A stretch of 64,000 bases of DNA, taken from contig OZ240215.1 of the NCBI GenBank assembly GCA_965197585.1, forward strand, positions 3,200,001 through 3,264,000, written 5' to 3'. The notes beneath the pieces were generated by a model that worked only from the letters and a program-made list of their open reading frames with translations, was not told the origin of the DNA and ran no database searches. A program made the position numbers and the translations under genes. Positions 1 through 9,436 of this stretch are shown in pieces. The stretch's first letter is position 1. Each line of letters begins with the position of its first letter. This DNA comes from Dehalococcoidia bacterium. GTDB lineage: Bacteria; Chloroflexota; Dehalococcoidia; Plut-88900.

Positions 1-940
1 TAACGGTGACCGGTTGCTCACCGGCAAGGTATTTTTCCGGGTGCAGGATATGTTCTGTGGATAGCGGAGGGTCGGAGTAGGCGGAATCGACTGATTCCCA
101 ACCCGTGACGGAATGGACGGCGGTTACGAAGACCGCTCCCTGCTGGTAGGGGAAGGCCAGGAGTTTGAAAAGGAAGGGGGGAACGCGGGAAAGGTCGGGA
201 CCATCGTTCCCCGAGGAATATATCTGCCGAATCTCCGACCTTGTCAGGAACGCCCGGGCGTATGCCGTTGAACCTACAACGGCATCACCCTCCACCAATG
301 CTGTCTTGGCGCGGGCCAAGTCGTCGTTTTCCTCATCCTCGGGGAAGAATACGTCCAGGTCGAAGGCCTGGTCCTGGAGAGCGTGAATGAGCTCATGGGC
401 AAGGGTGTATTTGGCAGCGGGATTCGGGTCCTCACCGTCATTCAGCACGAACATCTCACCCGTGTCCGTATCGTAGTACCCGACCACCGACCCTGCGTAA
501 AGGTCGGCAAAGACCTCCTTCAGGTCCGTACCGGGCGGGATGAAATCCAGGAGCATGAAAACCTCTGCCTCAATGTCGGCCTCCTCCTGCGTATACTCCT
601 CCTCGATGCTCTCCCTGACGCTCTCCGCCATCTGATCGGAAGAGATGAAGAACGTAGGAGGGTCTTGTATGACGGGAAGTCCCCGCAATTCCGAGACCTG
701 GCCGGTAATCCGTTCCACCACGTTCTGGATTGATTCGGGAATTGGCGAGGGCGTGGGTTCGGAAGTAGGAGTAAGGGAAGGTGTGGCTGTGGAAGTCGCG
801 GTGGGACTCGGAGTGGAGGTCTGCATTTGAGTTGGCTCGGGGCTCGGACTGGTCGGCCTATGCTGCATGCAAGCCGCGGTCAGTGAAAGTATTGCGACGA
901 ATAAGAGCAGAAAGACGCTTGCGCGGGAGTAGATGTTCAC
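1..940 (-). CDS. Lipoprotein with HExxH zinc-metallopeptidase-like domain; 3' end runs off the window
   Basis: Not in ORF track. Manual translation from GTG at 940: VNIYSRASVFLLLFVAILSLTAAC (lipobox), P/T linker, then VVGYYD...TLAHELIHALQDQAFDL and FPYQQG...PPLSTEHILHPEKY. Confidence 0.8.
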   Translation of the reverse strand, partial: MNIYSRASVFLLLFVAILSLTAACMQHRPTSPSPEPTQMQTSTPSPTATSTATPSLTPTSEPTPSPIPESIQNVVERITGQVSELRGLPVIQDPPTFFISSDQMAESVRESIEEEYTQEEADIEAEVFMLLDFIPPGTDLKEVFADLYAGSVVGYYDTDTGEMFVLNDGEDPNPAAKYTLAHELIHALQDQAFDLDVFFPEDEENDDLARAKTALVEGDAVVGSTAYARAFLTRSEIRQIYSSGNDGPDLSRVPPFLFKLLAFPYQQGAVFVTAVHSVTGWESVDSAYSDPPLSTEHILHPEKYLAGEQPVTV

Positions 941-1006
941 GTAGGCAATCGCTTAGGTCAAATCGTAGGGGGCTTCAATAGAGTAAACGAAACGGCAGGG
1001 GTGAAG

Positions 1007-1633
1007 TTAGCTTGGGAGCAATAAGAGAGCCCACATCAATGTTGCAGACATCGGCGGCACGGTCAGGTTGTCGTCGAGAGGTGAGGGGAAAAGTTCCACC
1101 AGGGCCCCGACTCCCGCCCCACCCAGCGCCACCCAATACGGTACCTCAAGCCCGCCTGCGATCATCCCACACGCCACTACCCCCGCCCCGACGGCAAAGG
1201 CCAGGGTCCCCTCCAGGGACTTGCTGCCTATCTTCACCCGGCCGTAACGCTTTCCCACGACGCCAGCCAACGGGTCTCCCACGGCGATGTACAGAAGCGC
1301 CAGAATCGCTAGCTCTTTGTCGAAGAAAAGAAAAACGATAAGGCTGGTTGCCGCCATGTAAGTGCTGCCCAGCACCTGACTCGACTCCGACTGCTTCATC
1401 AACACAGCGAAGCGTGCTTGGAACCAACCGTTGAGTGCAGGGAGACGCCATCGGCCGATTTCTAGGGCGACCGCAACGCCTGTGAGCGATCCGGTGATGA
1501 TTATCATCACCTCCCTGTCCAGGCCCAATGCCATCAGGGCCAGAGCCGCAGTGGTCAGGACGTGAAAAATGCGTCGGTGCAGACGAGGGGCGGGCTTAGG
1601 GTCGGATTTTGGCACGTCTGGAGAGTCCGACAC
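1007..1633 (-). CDS. CTP-dependent polyprenol (phytol/dolichol)/diacylglycerol kinase family membrane protein
   Basis: RRIFH, GDPLAGVVGKRYG, KSLEG and DDNLTVP motifs; multiple TM segments. Confidence 0.85.
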   Translation of the reverse strand: MSDSPDVPKSDPKPAPRLHRRIFHVLTTAALALMALGLDREVMIIITGSLTGVAVALEIGRWRLPALNGWFQARFAVLMKQSESSQVLGSTYMAATSLIVFLFFDKELAILALLYIAVGDPLAGVVGKRYGRVKIGSKSLEGTLAFAVGAGVVACGMIAGGLEVPYWVALGGAGVGALVELFPSPLDDNLTVPPMSATLMWALLLLPS

Positions 1634-1636
1634 GAC

Positions 1637-2017
1637 TCAGGCGCCCTCGCCCCGATGCTCGGAACAGTCAAGGGCTGAGTTCAGGGTGTCTATGGCGAGG
1701 ACGGTGGAGTGGAGTTTGGCGGGAGGAATGCCGTCCAGGGCCTCGGCGATATTGTGGCGGGTCAGGGCACGGGCCTCCGAGACCGACTTCCCTATCACAA
1801 GCTCGGTGGTGGCGCTGCTGGCGGCTATCGAGGCGCTGCACCCGAGCGTCTGAAAGCGGGCCTCCGCGATTACCCCATCTTGCATTCGAAGGTAGAGCGT
1901 CATGGTGTCGCCGCAGGCCGCATTCTTCTCCTTCCCGACACCCTCCGCACCCTCGATTATCCCCACGTTGCGGGGGTTGTTGAAGTGGTCTAGGAATGTC
2001 TTGCTGTATCGAGGCAC
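1637..2017 (-). CDS. iscU: IscU/NifU-N Fe-S scaffold protein
   Basis: DHFNNPRNVG, ACGD, FQTLGC; directly downstream of iscS. Third Cys replaced by Ser (KLHS). Confidence 0.85.
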   Translation of the reverse strand: MPRYSKTFLDHFNNPRNVGIIEGAEGVGKEKNAACGDTMTLYLRMQDGVIAEARFQTLGCSASIAASSATTELVIGKSVSEARALTRHNIAEALDGIPPAKLHSTVLAIDTLNSALDCSEHRGEGA

Positions 2018-2042
2018 GGTAAGTTCGTCGCGGCCTGGCCCG

Positions 2043-3218
2043 CTACTCGGTCCCCGAGACCCTTCTGAGCCGCTCGACTATGGCCGGTAGCACTTCAAGC
2101 ACCCTGTCGATATCACCGTCCTCGTTGCTCTTCCCCACCGTGAGCCGCAGGCTGCCGACGGCCCTCTCCGCGGGGACGCCCATGGCCGTGAGTACGTGGG
2201 ACGGGTCCAGGGAGCCCGAGGTGCAGGCGCTTCCGCTTGAGGCGGAGATTCCCTCCATATCCAGCCCCACCAATACAGATTCCCCGGCCACCCCGTCGAT
2301 GCAGAAGTTGGCGTTGTTGGGGAGCCTCTCTGTCGGATGGCCGTTGAGGGTGGAGTTCGGGATACGTGAGAGGATACCGTCGATGAGTCGGTCGCGGAGG
2401 GCCTTGCTGTGCTCGTTGTTGACTCCCTGTTCCTCGGCAGCGATGCGCAGGGCCTCCGCCGCCCCGACTATCAAAGGAATGTTTTCGGTGCCGGCCCTCC
2501 GGTTCCCTTCCTGGCTGCCCCCGTACTGGAAGGGCCGGAAGGGTGTCCCGCTGCGGACGTACAGGATCCCGATCCCCTTGGGCCCGTAGAACTTGTGGGC
2601 GGCCAAAGTCAGCATGTCCACACCCAGCCGGTCGACATTTAAGTCCAGGACGCCCCCCGCCTGGGCCGCATCGGTGTGGAAGACGACGTCACGACCCATA
2701 TGTCGGGCCCGCTCCTTAATGGCGGCCCCGATCTCGGCAACGGGTTCGATGGTACCGACCTCGTTGTTGGCCAGCATTATCGATACTACGTTGGTGCGCT
2801 CGGAGATGGACTCGGCCACCTGTTCCGCGTCTACCATGCCCGACTCGTCGACGCCCAGGTACGTGGTCTCGAAACCGAAATCGTCCAGTGCCTGGCAGGC
2901 ATGGAGGATGGCGTGATGTTCGATGGCCGAGGTGACAATGTGGTCCCCTATATCCCGCTGCGCAAAAGCCGCCCCCGACACCGCCGCATTGTCAGCCTCC
3001 GTGGCCCCGCCTGTGAATATAACCTCCGAGGGTGAGCACCCGAGAATTGCGGCTACGGTCTCCCGCGCCTCTTCAAGGGCCGCCTGGCTGGTCTGTGAGA
3101 TGGAATACACCCCCGACGCATTGCCAAATTGTTCGGAGAAATAGGGGAGCATTGCCTCCAGGACGCGAGGGTCTACGGGCGTGGTGGCGGCGTGGTCCAG
3201 ATATATCTGACGTTTCAT
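2043..3218 (-). CDS. iscS: Cysteine desulfurase, IscS/NifS type (start taken at ATG 3218)
   Basis: IYLDHAATTP, HTDAAQ, AHKFYGPKG (PLP Lys), SSGSACTS (catalytic Cys). Confidence 0.95.
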   Translation of the reverse strand: MKRQIYLDHAATTPVDPRVLEAMLPYFSEQFGNASGVYSISQTSQAALEEARETVAAILGCSPSEVIFTGGATEADNAAVSGAAFAQRDIGDHIVTSAIEHHAILHACQALDDFGFETTYLGVDESGMVDAEQVAESISERTNVVSIMLANNEVGTIEPVAEIGAAIKERARHMGRDVVFHTDAAQAGGVLDLNVDRLGVDMLTLAAHKFYGPKGIGILYVRSGTPFRPFQYGGSQEGNRRAGTENIPLIVGAAEALRIAAEEQGVNNEHSKALRDRLIDGILSRIPNSTLNGHPTERLPNNANFCIDGVAGESVLVGLDMEGISASSGSACTSGSLDPSHVLTAMGVPAERAVGSLRLTVGKSNEDGDIDRVLEVLPAIVERLRRVSGTE

Positions 3219-3225
3219 TTCGCTG

Positions 3226-4146
3226 CTACGGCCGGGACAACTGTACCTCGATAACCCCGACGATCTGAGAGCCGTCCGTGACAAAGGCCCGGGGAACGCT
3301 ATTCTGGCGCATAAAGTCGAACACCGCCAATGCGTTTATGTTGGCAGGAATCTGAGGGGCGTCTGGTGGGCTTGGCAGACCGGTGTAAGGCGACATCACG
3401 TGAAACGCCGAGAAGCGGCTCATTGCCTCCCGCGTCTTGGCCGCCCTGTAACCGGCTAGGGCGGTCTGGAGCATCCAAAAACCGATGAATCCGAGCCACA
3501 GGCCGCTCAGCCACTGGCCGAGGAAGTAGACTATGCTTACCCCTCCGGCGCAGACCAGCATTGCGACACCGCAACCACCCAGGGATGCGTAGACCGTGCC
3601 CTTTTCTCGGTTATGGCTAATGGCCCAGACCGCCGACCTGACCAACTGACCGCCGTCCAACGGCAGGCCGGGCATCAGGTTGAAAATCGCCAGAATGGCA
3701 TTCGCCCCGAGCAGGTACGCGCCGAGAAATTCCACATACTCGTTGCTGGGCCCAACCAGGTAGAGATAGACGAAGAGGGCCGCTCCAATGACCAGGTTGA
3801 CGCCAGGCCCGACTATTGATATCAGGGCTTCGGTACGGGGCCGGTCCGCCGCTTTGGTCAGATGGGCTACGCCACCGAAGAGCCACAGAGTGATGCTCTG
3901 CACCGGTATTCCATGAAGCTTCGCTACGATGCTGTGGGCAAGCTCGTGGAGCAGGATGGATGCGAAGAATAGCAGCGTGTAAACGCCCGCCACGCTCCAG
4001 ACCTCGACCGAGGACCAGTGCGGGTATTGGTTGGGTACGTAATAGAGGCCACCGGGGATTAGGAGCATGGCGAAGATGATCAGCCATGTGACCTCAATCC
4101 TGATCGGGATGCCGAATACCCGCGCAATTGTGATTGAGTTGTTCAT
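3226..4146 (-). CDS. Site-2 protease (peptidase M50) with degenerate C-terminal CBS-like tail
   Basis: HELAH, FGGVA, FNLMPGLPLDGG motifs; TM helices. Confidence 0.92.
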   Translation of the reverse strand: MNNSITIARVFGIPIRIEVTWLIIFAMLLIPGGLYYVPNQYPHWSSVEVWSVAGVYTLLFFASILLHELAHSIVAKLHGIPVQSITLWLFGGVAHLTKAADRPRTEALISIVGPGVNLVIGAALFVYLYLVGPSNEYVEFLGAYLLGANAILAIFNLMPGLPLDGGQLVRSAVWAISHNREKGTVYASLGGCGVAMLVCAGGVSIVYFLGQWLSGLWLGFIGFWMLQTALAGYRAAKTREAMSRFSAFHVMSPYTGLPSPPDAPQIPANINALAVFDFMRQNSVPRAFVTDGSQIVGVIEVQLSRP

Positions 4147-4302
4147 TTGAATAGTGGGTTGCGTGTGCTACTAGACCTATTATACAACCGGGGCAGGACA
4201 TCTCTTCCCAGCCTGAGGAATCGCCTTGACCTTTCGGAAAAGCGCGACTTTTCTTAGCGGCTCTTTCCAGTGGGGCTGCGGATCTTGCTGCAGTAGTTCT
4301 GG

Positions 4303-4524
4303 TCAGATAGAGGAAACCGAAACTGCATCAATAGGTTGAGGGATGGGTATGCCCTCACTCGCCAGCATATCCAGATGTTCTGCCACGGCTTCTGAAATGA
4401 GTCTCTCTGTTTCTTCTTTTGTATCGCCCGCCGCCACACAACCGGGCAAATCAGGAAGATAGGCAGAATATCCGTTACCTGTCTCTTCGAAAACCACGGC
4501 GTAGACTTTCAGGGTTGTCGTCAT
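4303..4524 (-). CDS. hicB: HicB-family antitoxin (short form)
   Basis: YSAYLPDLPGCVAAGDTKEE...EAV..HL; downstream of hicA. Confidence 0.92.
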   Translation of the reverse strand: MTTTLKVYAVVFEETGNGYSAYLPDLPGCVAAGDTKEETERLISEAVAEHLDMLASEGIPIPQPIDAVSVSSI

Positions 4525-4531
4525 CTTGTAT

Positions 4532-4723
4532 CTAAGGCGATAGGCCGGCTTGTTTCAAGATACTTCTATAGGTATTTGGAGACAGGTCCTTGCTCGGCTT
4601 CCCGGCTATGGTTACGAGACCTGGCTTGCTGGGATGCTTGTAATGGCGATGGCTTCCCTTGTGCCGAACCTGCCGCCAACCGTCGTCTTCAACTAGTCGG
4701 ATCGCTTCCGCTACTTTTGGCAA
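4532..4723 (-). CDS. hicA: HicA-family mRNase toxin (start approximate, TTG 4723)
   Basis: DGWRQVRHKGSHRHYKHPSKPGLVTI...SILKQAGL. Confidence 0.9.
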   Translation of the reverse strand: MPKVAEAIRLVEDDGWRQVRHKGSHRHYKHPSKPGLVTIAGKPSKDLSPNTYRSILKQAGLSP

Positions 4724-4886
4724 GCTGTCGACGGCTCTGGGCCAATCCTCATTTCGGGAGTCTATACCCGCATTATACCCGACGCAACATAATCTCAGCC
4801 TCTGCTCCCAGGTCCGACTATTCGGGCCTTGTGCTATACTCGCGCCCGACATCCGACTCTAAAATCCACCTCTTTGACTATGCACC

Positions 4887-6119
4887 ATGCGGGCTGAAAT
4901 TGTATCCATAGGCACCGAGATTCTCCTCGGTGAAATCACCGATCTTAATGCCCCCTTTCTCGCCTCCCAACTCCCCCTGCTGGGCATCGACCTTTACCGA
5001 ATCCACCAGCTTGGGGACAACAAGGACCGGCTGGTAGAGACCTTCCGGGCCATCTGGTCCCGGGCCGACCTTATCATGACCACCGGCGGCCTCGGCCCGA
5101 CCCAGGACGACGTCACCCGGGAGGCCGTGTCGGAACTCGTGAGCGAGGAGATGAAGGTAGACCCCGAGCTGGAGGGTCAGCTTCGCTCTTTCTTTAGTAA
5201 CCGCAATTACCCGATGCCCCTTTCGAACCTGAAACAGGCCACGCTGATACCCTCGGCGCGGGCCATCAACAACCCAAGGGGCACGGCCCCCGGCTGGTGG
5301 GTCGAGAGCGGGGAGCGAAGGATAATCTGCATGCCCGGCCCGCCGGGTGAGATGCAGAGGATGTGGAACAAGGAAGTGGCTCCCGAGCTCAAGAAGCTCG
5401 TAGTCGGCGGGGGCGTCCTGGTGTCGAGAACTGTCAAGACTTTCGGCCTCAGCGAAGGTGGCCTCGACGAGATGGTCTCTTCCCTCCTTTCTTCGAACAA
5501 CCCGACCATCGGGGTTTATGCCAAGGATGATGGTATCCATCTCCGCATCACCTCTAAGGGCGATGACGAGGATACGGCCTCTGCGCTGCTGAAAGAGATG
5601 GAGGCCCGAGTCGATGACATCCTGGGAGCCTACATCTGGGGCAGGGACGAGGACACGCTGGAAGGGAACGTAGGGAAGCTGTTGCTGTCCAAAGGCCTGA
5701 GCCTGGCTGCCATGGAGTCCTGTAGTGGGGGCCTGCTGTCCAACATGATCACCAACGTGCCGGGCAGTTCCCAATATTTCAAAGGCGGCGTGGTCTCCTA
5801 CACCAACGAGGTCAAGATGGCCAACGGCGTGGACAGCGGCATTCTCGAGCTTCACGGCGCCATCAGCCGAGAGACGGCACAGGCCATGGCACGGGCCTGC
5901 CGCGAGAGAAACAATGCAGACATGGGTGTCGGTATAACCGGAGTCGCTGGCCCCGACGCAAGCGAAGGCAAGGACCCCGGCACCGTGTTCCTGGGGATAT
6001 CGAGCAGGAACGGGACTCGGTCCGTGGATTTGAACCTTCCCGGAATCCGGCCCCTCATCAAGCAGAGAGCGGCCATAGCCGCCCTTTCCGAGCTTCAAAA
6101 GGAACTTCAGGCCCTGTAA
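4887..6119 (+). CDS. cinA: CinA (molybdopterin-binding-like domain + NMN deamidase PncC domain)
   Basis: IGTEILLGEITDLN, TGGLGPTQDD, MPGPP, ESCSGG, TGVAGP. Confidence 0.95.
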   Translation: MRAEIVSIGTEILLGEITDLNAPFLASQLPLLGIDLYRIHQLGDNKDRLVETFRAIWSRADLIMTTGGLGPTQDDVTREAVSELVSEEMKVDPELEGQLRSFFSNRNYPMPLSNLKQATLIPSARAINNPRGTAPGWWVESGERRIICMPGPPGEMQRMWNKEVAPELKKLVVGGGVLVSRTVKTFGLSEGGLDEMVSSLLSSNNPTIGVYAKDDGIHLRITSKGDDEDTASALLKEMEARVDDILGAYIWGRDEDTLEGNVGKLLLSKGLSLAAMESCSGGLLSNMITNVPGSSQYFKGGVVSYTNEVKMANGVDSGILELHGAISRETAQAMARACRERNNADMGVGITGVAGPDASEGKDPGTVFLGISSRNGTRSVDLNLPGIRPLIKQRAAIAALSELQKELQAL

Positions 6120-6151
6120 GAAAGTCCCGGATCAACCTGAGAGGAGCCACA

Positions 6152-7252
6152 ATGAAAACGAAAGCGGCGGTACTATACGAAGCCAACACCCCCTTGGTAA
6201 TTGAGGAAGTGGACCTGGATCCGCCTAGGGCGGGGGAAGTGAAGATAAAGGTCGGCGCTGCAGGCGTCTGCCGAAGTGACCTCCACTTCATGCATGGAAA
6301 CGCCAAGTGCCCGCTCCCCGTGGTCCTCGGCCATGAGGCCGCCGGCACGGTCGAGGAGGTCGGTGAGGGTGTGACTTCGGTGGCTCCGGGAGACCGGGTG
6401 GTGATTGCCTTCGTGTCCACGTGCGGAAGGTGCGAGAACTGTGTGATTGGCAGGCCCAACCTCTGCCTGACTCGCGGCAAGTTTGTAATGTCCCAGTTTG
6501 ACGGCACCAGCAGACTGCACAAGGGCGATATGAAGATTGCCCAGTTCGACCAGATGTCTTGCTTCGCCTCCCACACCGTGGTCCCCGAGTCTGCCTGCAT
6601 CCCCGCCCCCGACAGCTTGCCCATGGAGATTGCCGCCTTCATCGGCTGCTGCACCACCACAGGTGTCGGGGCCGTTCTCTACAACGCCAAGGTCGAGGCC
6701 AACAGCACGGTCGCCGTGGTTGGCTGTGGCGGCGTGGGCCTCAACGTGATCATGGGTTCGGGCCTGGCCAATGCCCGGCAGATCATCGCAGTAGACATAA
6801 ACGAAGGCAAGCTGGAGTTCGCCATGAAGTTCGGGGCTACTCACTCCGTTAACCCCAGCCAGCAGGACGCCGTGGCCCGGGTCAAGGAGTTAACTGGCGG
6901 CCAGGGCGTCGATTACGCATTCGAGGTCTTCGGCTCCCCCGACACCGTTGAAATGACCTACGAAATGACCAAGAAGGGCGGCACAGCCGTCGTGGTCGGC
7001 ATCTCGCCTTGGGGCTCGAAAGCCCCTATAGATCCCGTGGCCTTGGTACGGGACGAAAAGGTGCTCAAGGGCTGCTATTACGGCTCCGCCCGTATGAGCA
7101 CCGACATGCCCAAGCTCATAGACATGTACCAGGCGGGCAGACTGCCTCTGGATGACCTCGTCACCCGGCGCTACTCCCTCGACCAGATTAACGAAGCCTA
7201 CGATGACCTGGACCGTGGGGAAATCGGTCGAGGCGTGATCACCCAGTTCTAG
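6152..7252 (+). CDS. Zn-dependent alcohol dehydrogenase (MDR superfamily)
   Basis: GVCRSD, GHE, CGRCENC..C structural Zn site, GCGGVG Rossmann motif. Confidence 0.93.
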   Translation: MKTKAAVLYEANTPLVIEEVDLDPPRAGEVKIKVGAAGVCRSDLHFMHGNAKCPLPVVLGHEAAGTVEEVGEGVTSVAPGDRVVIAFVSTCGRCENCVIGRPNLCLTRGKFVMSQFDGTSRLHKGDMKIAQFDQMSCFASHTVVPESACIPAPDSLPMEIAAFIGCCTTTGVGAVLYNAKVEANSTVAVVGCGGVGLNVIMGSGLANARQIIAVDINEGKLEFAMKFGATHSVNPSQQDAVARVKELTGGQGVDYAFEVFGSPDTVEMTYEMTKKGGTAVVVGISPWGSKAPIDPVALVRDEKVLKGCYYGSARMSTDMPKLIDMYQAGRLPLDDLVTRRYSLDQINEAYDDLDRGEIGRGVITQF

Positions 7253-7277
7253 GCTCTCTGCACATTTGAATAGCAAT

Positions 7278-7312
7278 ATGAGCGGCCCCGGTCTGACTGG
7301 GGCCGCTCATTT
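7278..7312 (+). terminator. Probable intrinsic terminator after the ADH gene
   Basis: ATGAGCGGCCCCGGT-CTG-ACTGGGGCCGCTCAT hairpin followed by T residues. Confidence 0.7.
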
Positions 7313-7335
7313 GTATCTAGCGCATCGTATATGGA

Positions 7336-8232
7336 ATGGGCGTGGTTGAGGGTGATTACCGACACGCGTCGATCCGCTATCCACCGCCAAGCAGGTTTAC
7401 AGTGCCGCGTGCTATGGTTCCCGACATATGGGTGAACATAGCCGTGCCTGAATTCCTGGTCCCCACACCGATAGACCTGAATTGGTGGAAGGCGATTATC
7501 CTCCTGGCAACCGGGGCGGTGGCAGGATTTATCAACACCTTTAGTGGCGGTGGTGCGATGATCACCGTACCGGTGCTGATACTCATGGGCATGCCCGCCG
7601 ACATTGCCAACGCTACCAACAGGGTCGGAACGTTCCAGCAGTCAATCACCAGTGCAGTCGGTTTTGAAAGGGCGGGCAAGCTCGAGAAAAGAGCGGCCCT
7701 GCCCATGCTCGTGCCGACTATGTCGGGGGCCGCTTTGGGCGCGTTCACTGCAACCTGGATACCGGTGGAGACCTTCAAACCCCTCATCTTGACCGTGATG
7801 ATTGGCTTCGCAGTCATAACGATTGTGCTGCCCGAAGTCATAATGCCGCCGGAAGGCACCCGGACATTCAGCCTCAGGGAACGACCTCTGGGAATTTTGG
7901 TGTTGTTCGTGTCCGGCGTATATGCAGGAATGGTGCAGGCGGGGGTGGGCTTTATTCTGATGTTGGCTTTGGCCGCCGGCCTCCGCTACGATCTGACCCG
8001 AACTAACGCCTTGAAAGTCGTGTGCACCGGCTTCTTCAGTATTGCGGCACTGGCTGTTTTCATACCCACGGGTCACGTGGATTGGGTCCCGGCCATCCTT
8101 ATTGCCGCCGGCATGACGGTGGGCGCCATTCTGAGCGTCAAGTTTGCACTGACCGTGAGCCAGAAGGTGGTCAAGTGGGTACTGTTCGTCATGGTCTGTC
8201 TGACAGCCGGGTCGGCTCTCATATTCACCTGA
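7336..8232 (+). CDS. TauE/SafE (TSUP) family permease; true start probably near 7414-7444
   Basis: AGFINTFSGGG, ANATN, GVYAG..QAGVG; multiple TM segments. Confidence 0.88.
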   Translation: MGVVEGDYRHASIRYPPPSRFTVPRAMVPDIWVNIAVPEFLVPTPIDLNWWKAIILLATGAVAGFINTFSGGGAMITVPVLILMGMPADIANATNRVGTFQQSITSAVGFERAGKLEKRAALPMLVPTMSGAALGAFTATWIPVETFKPLILTVMIGFAVITIVLPEVIMPPEGTRTFSLRERPLGILVLFVSGVYAGMVQAGVGFILMLALAAGLRYDLTRTNALKVVCTGFFSIAALAVFIPTGHVDWVPAILIAAGMTVGAILSVKFALTVSQKVVKWVLFVMVCLTAGSALIFT

Positions 8233-8509
8233 TGCCGAGTCCCGCAACCGTCCATCGAGCGCCCCTTGCCCTCGTCCACACCCCCACACCTTTCCCTGCC
8301 TTAAACGTTACCCATATTGAGATGGCAAACTAAACTAGGCGCGGATACAAGCATTTGGATCAACGCAGGTTTGGCATCGACAAATTTTGAACGGGTTTAA
8401 AAGCAAGCCTCGAAAGCCTTTGACGTGTAAACAACCGAAGGACTAGAATTTATACGTAGTGTCCCGAAGCAATAGTTTCTTTATTAGTTAACGACGGAGG
8501 ATCCAAAGT

Positions 8510-9346
8510 ATGTTTAGCAGATTCAGAATAACCAAGCGGGCCTCATGGCTTTGGCCCGTGCTCCTGGTGGCCCTCGTGGCCGGGGCCCTGGCGTTCGCCG
8601 CCTGTGGCGGTGAAGACCCGACAGCCACTCCGGAACCCACCGTCACCCCAGTCCCGACCGCTACCCCGGAACCCACTGCCACTCCTGAGCCAACCGCTGT
8701 CCCGGCCCCGACAGAAGCCCCCGAGTCTTCAATGATGTCCCTCACTGATATCGACGAGACCACCACGGTGGGTGATCTCATGGGGGCACTTTCCGAGGAG
8801 GAAGTCGCCTGCTTCAGCGCAGCGTTTGGTGAGGCGATACTTGACACTGTCAAAGACCAGCCGCTGGCTGCCGTTGCTACTGGGTTCGGTGCATTCCCGC
8901 TGGATTGCCTGACTCAAGAAAACGCCATTAGCGCAAGCATTGGCCTGATGTCTCTCCAGGCTGGCGGACTCTCCGATGAGAGCATAGCCTGCATAGCAGA
9001 CGCCTATGGTGAGCACGGAATACCTGGCGCATCCATGGACATGGCCGACGCAATGCGCTCCTTCCTTTTCGCCCAGCTCTGCCTCACCGACGAAGAAGCG
9101 CTGGCTTTACAGGGAGGGGTCTCTGCAGATGACGCCTTCCCGCCCCCCTCTCAGCTCCGCTGCGTAGCAGAACAGACCGACCTGGAGAACTACATCAAGG
9201 TTCTTGAGGCGTTTGCTATGTTGGAGACCGCCACGGAACTTCCCACGCCTGATCCCGAACTCATGATGTTAATGCCCGAATTAATGGCCGCTCAGGAAGC
9301 CTGCGGAATCCAGACAATGTTTGAAGGTGAAGGGTCTCTGCCCTAG
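8510..9346 (+). CDS. Lipoprotein of unknown function with P/T linker and Cys-containing helical repeats
   Basis: GGAGG RBS; LAFAAC lipobox; (PTATPE)n linker. Confidence 0.85.
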   Translation: MFSRFRITKRASWLWPVLLVALVAGALAFAACGGEDPTATPEPTVTPVPTATPEPTATPEPTAVPAPTEAPESSMMSLTDIDETTTVGDLMGALSEEEVACFSAAFGEAILDTVKDQPLAAVATGFGAFPLDCLTQENAISASIGLMSLQAGGLSDESIACIADAYGEHGIPGASMDMADAMRSFLFAQLCLTDEEALALQGGVSADDAFPPPSQLRCVAEQTDLENYIKVLEAFAMLETATELPTPDPELMMLMPELMAAQEACGIQTMFEGEGSLP

Positions 9347-9384
9347 CCCACCGACCCCGCTCCTGCCGCACAGGACAAAATAGA

Positions 9385-9422
9385 ATGGGGCCCCGCAATA
9401 TTGCGGGGCCCCATAACTTTTC
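9385..9422. terminator. Bidirectional terminator between convergent genes
   Basis: Perfect 30-bp palindrome ATGGGGCCCCGCAATATTGCGGGGCCCCAT (9385-9414) with an A-rich left flank and T-rich right flank. Confidence 0.8.
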
Positions 9423-9436
9423 TGTGTAAAGCTGGG

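Noticed and set aside
4303-4723. hicAB as part of a mobile element
   Set aside because: No transposase, integrase or flanking repeats seen; an ordinary solitary TA pair.
8610-8725. Tandem repeats suggestive of a CRISPR array or VNTR (also ~750-850, ~26040-26100, ~58970-59070)
   Set aside because: Degenerate codon-level repeats encoding Pro/Thr linkers; no identical repeat-spacer structure and no cas genes.
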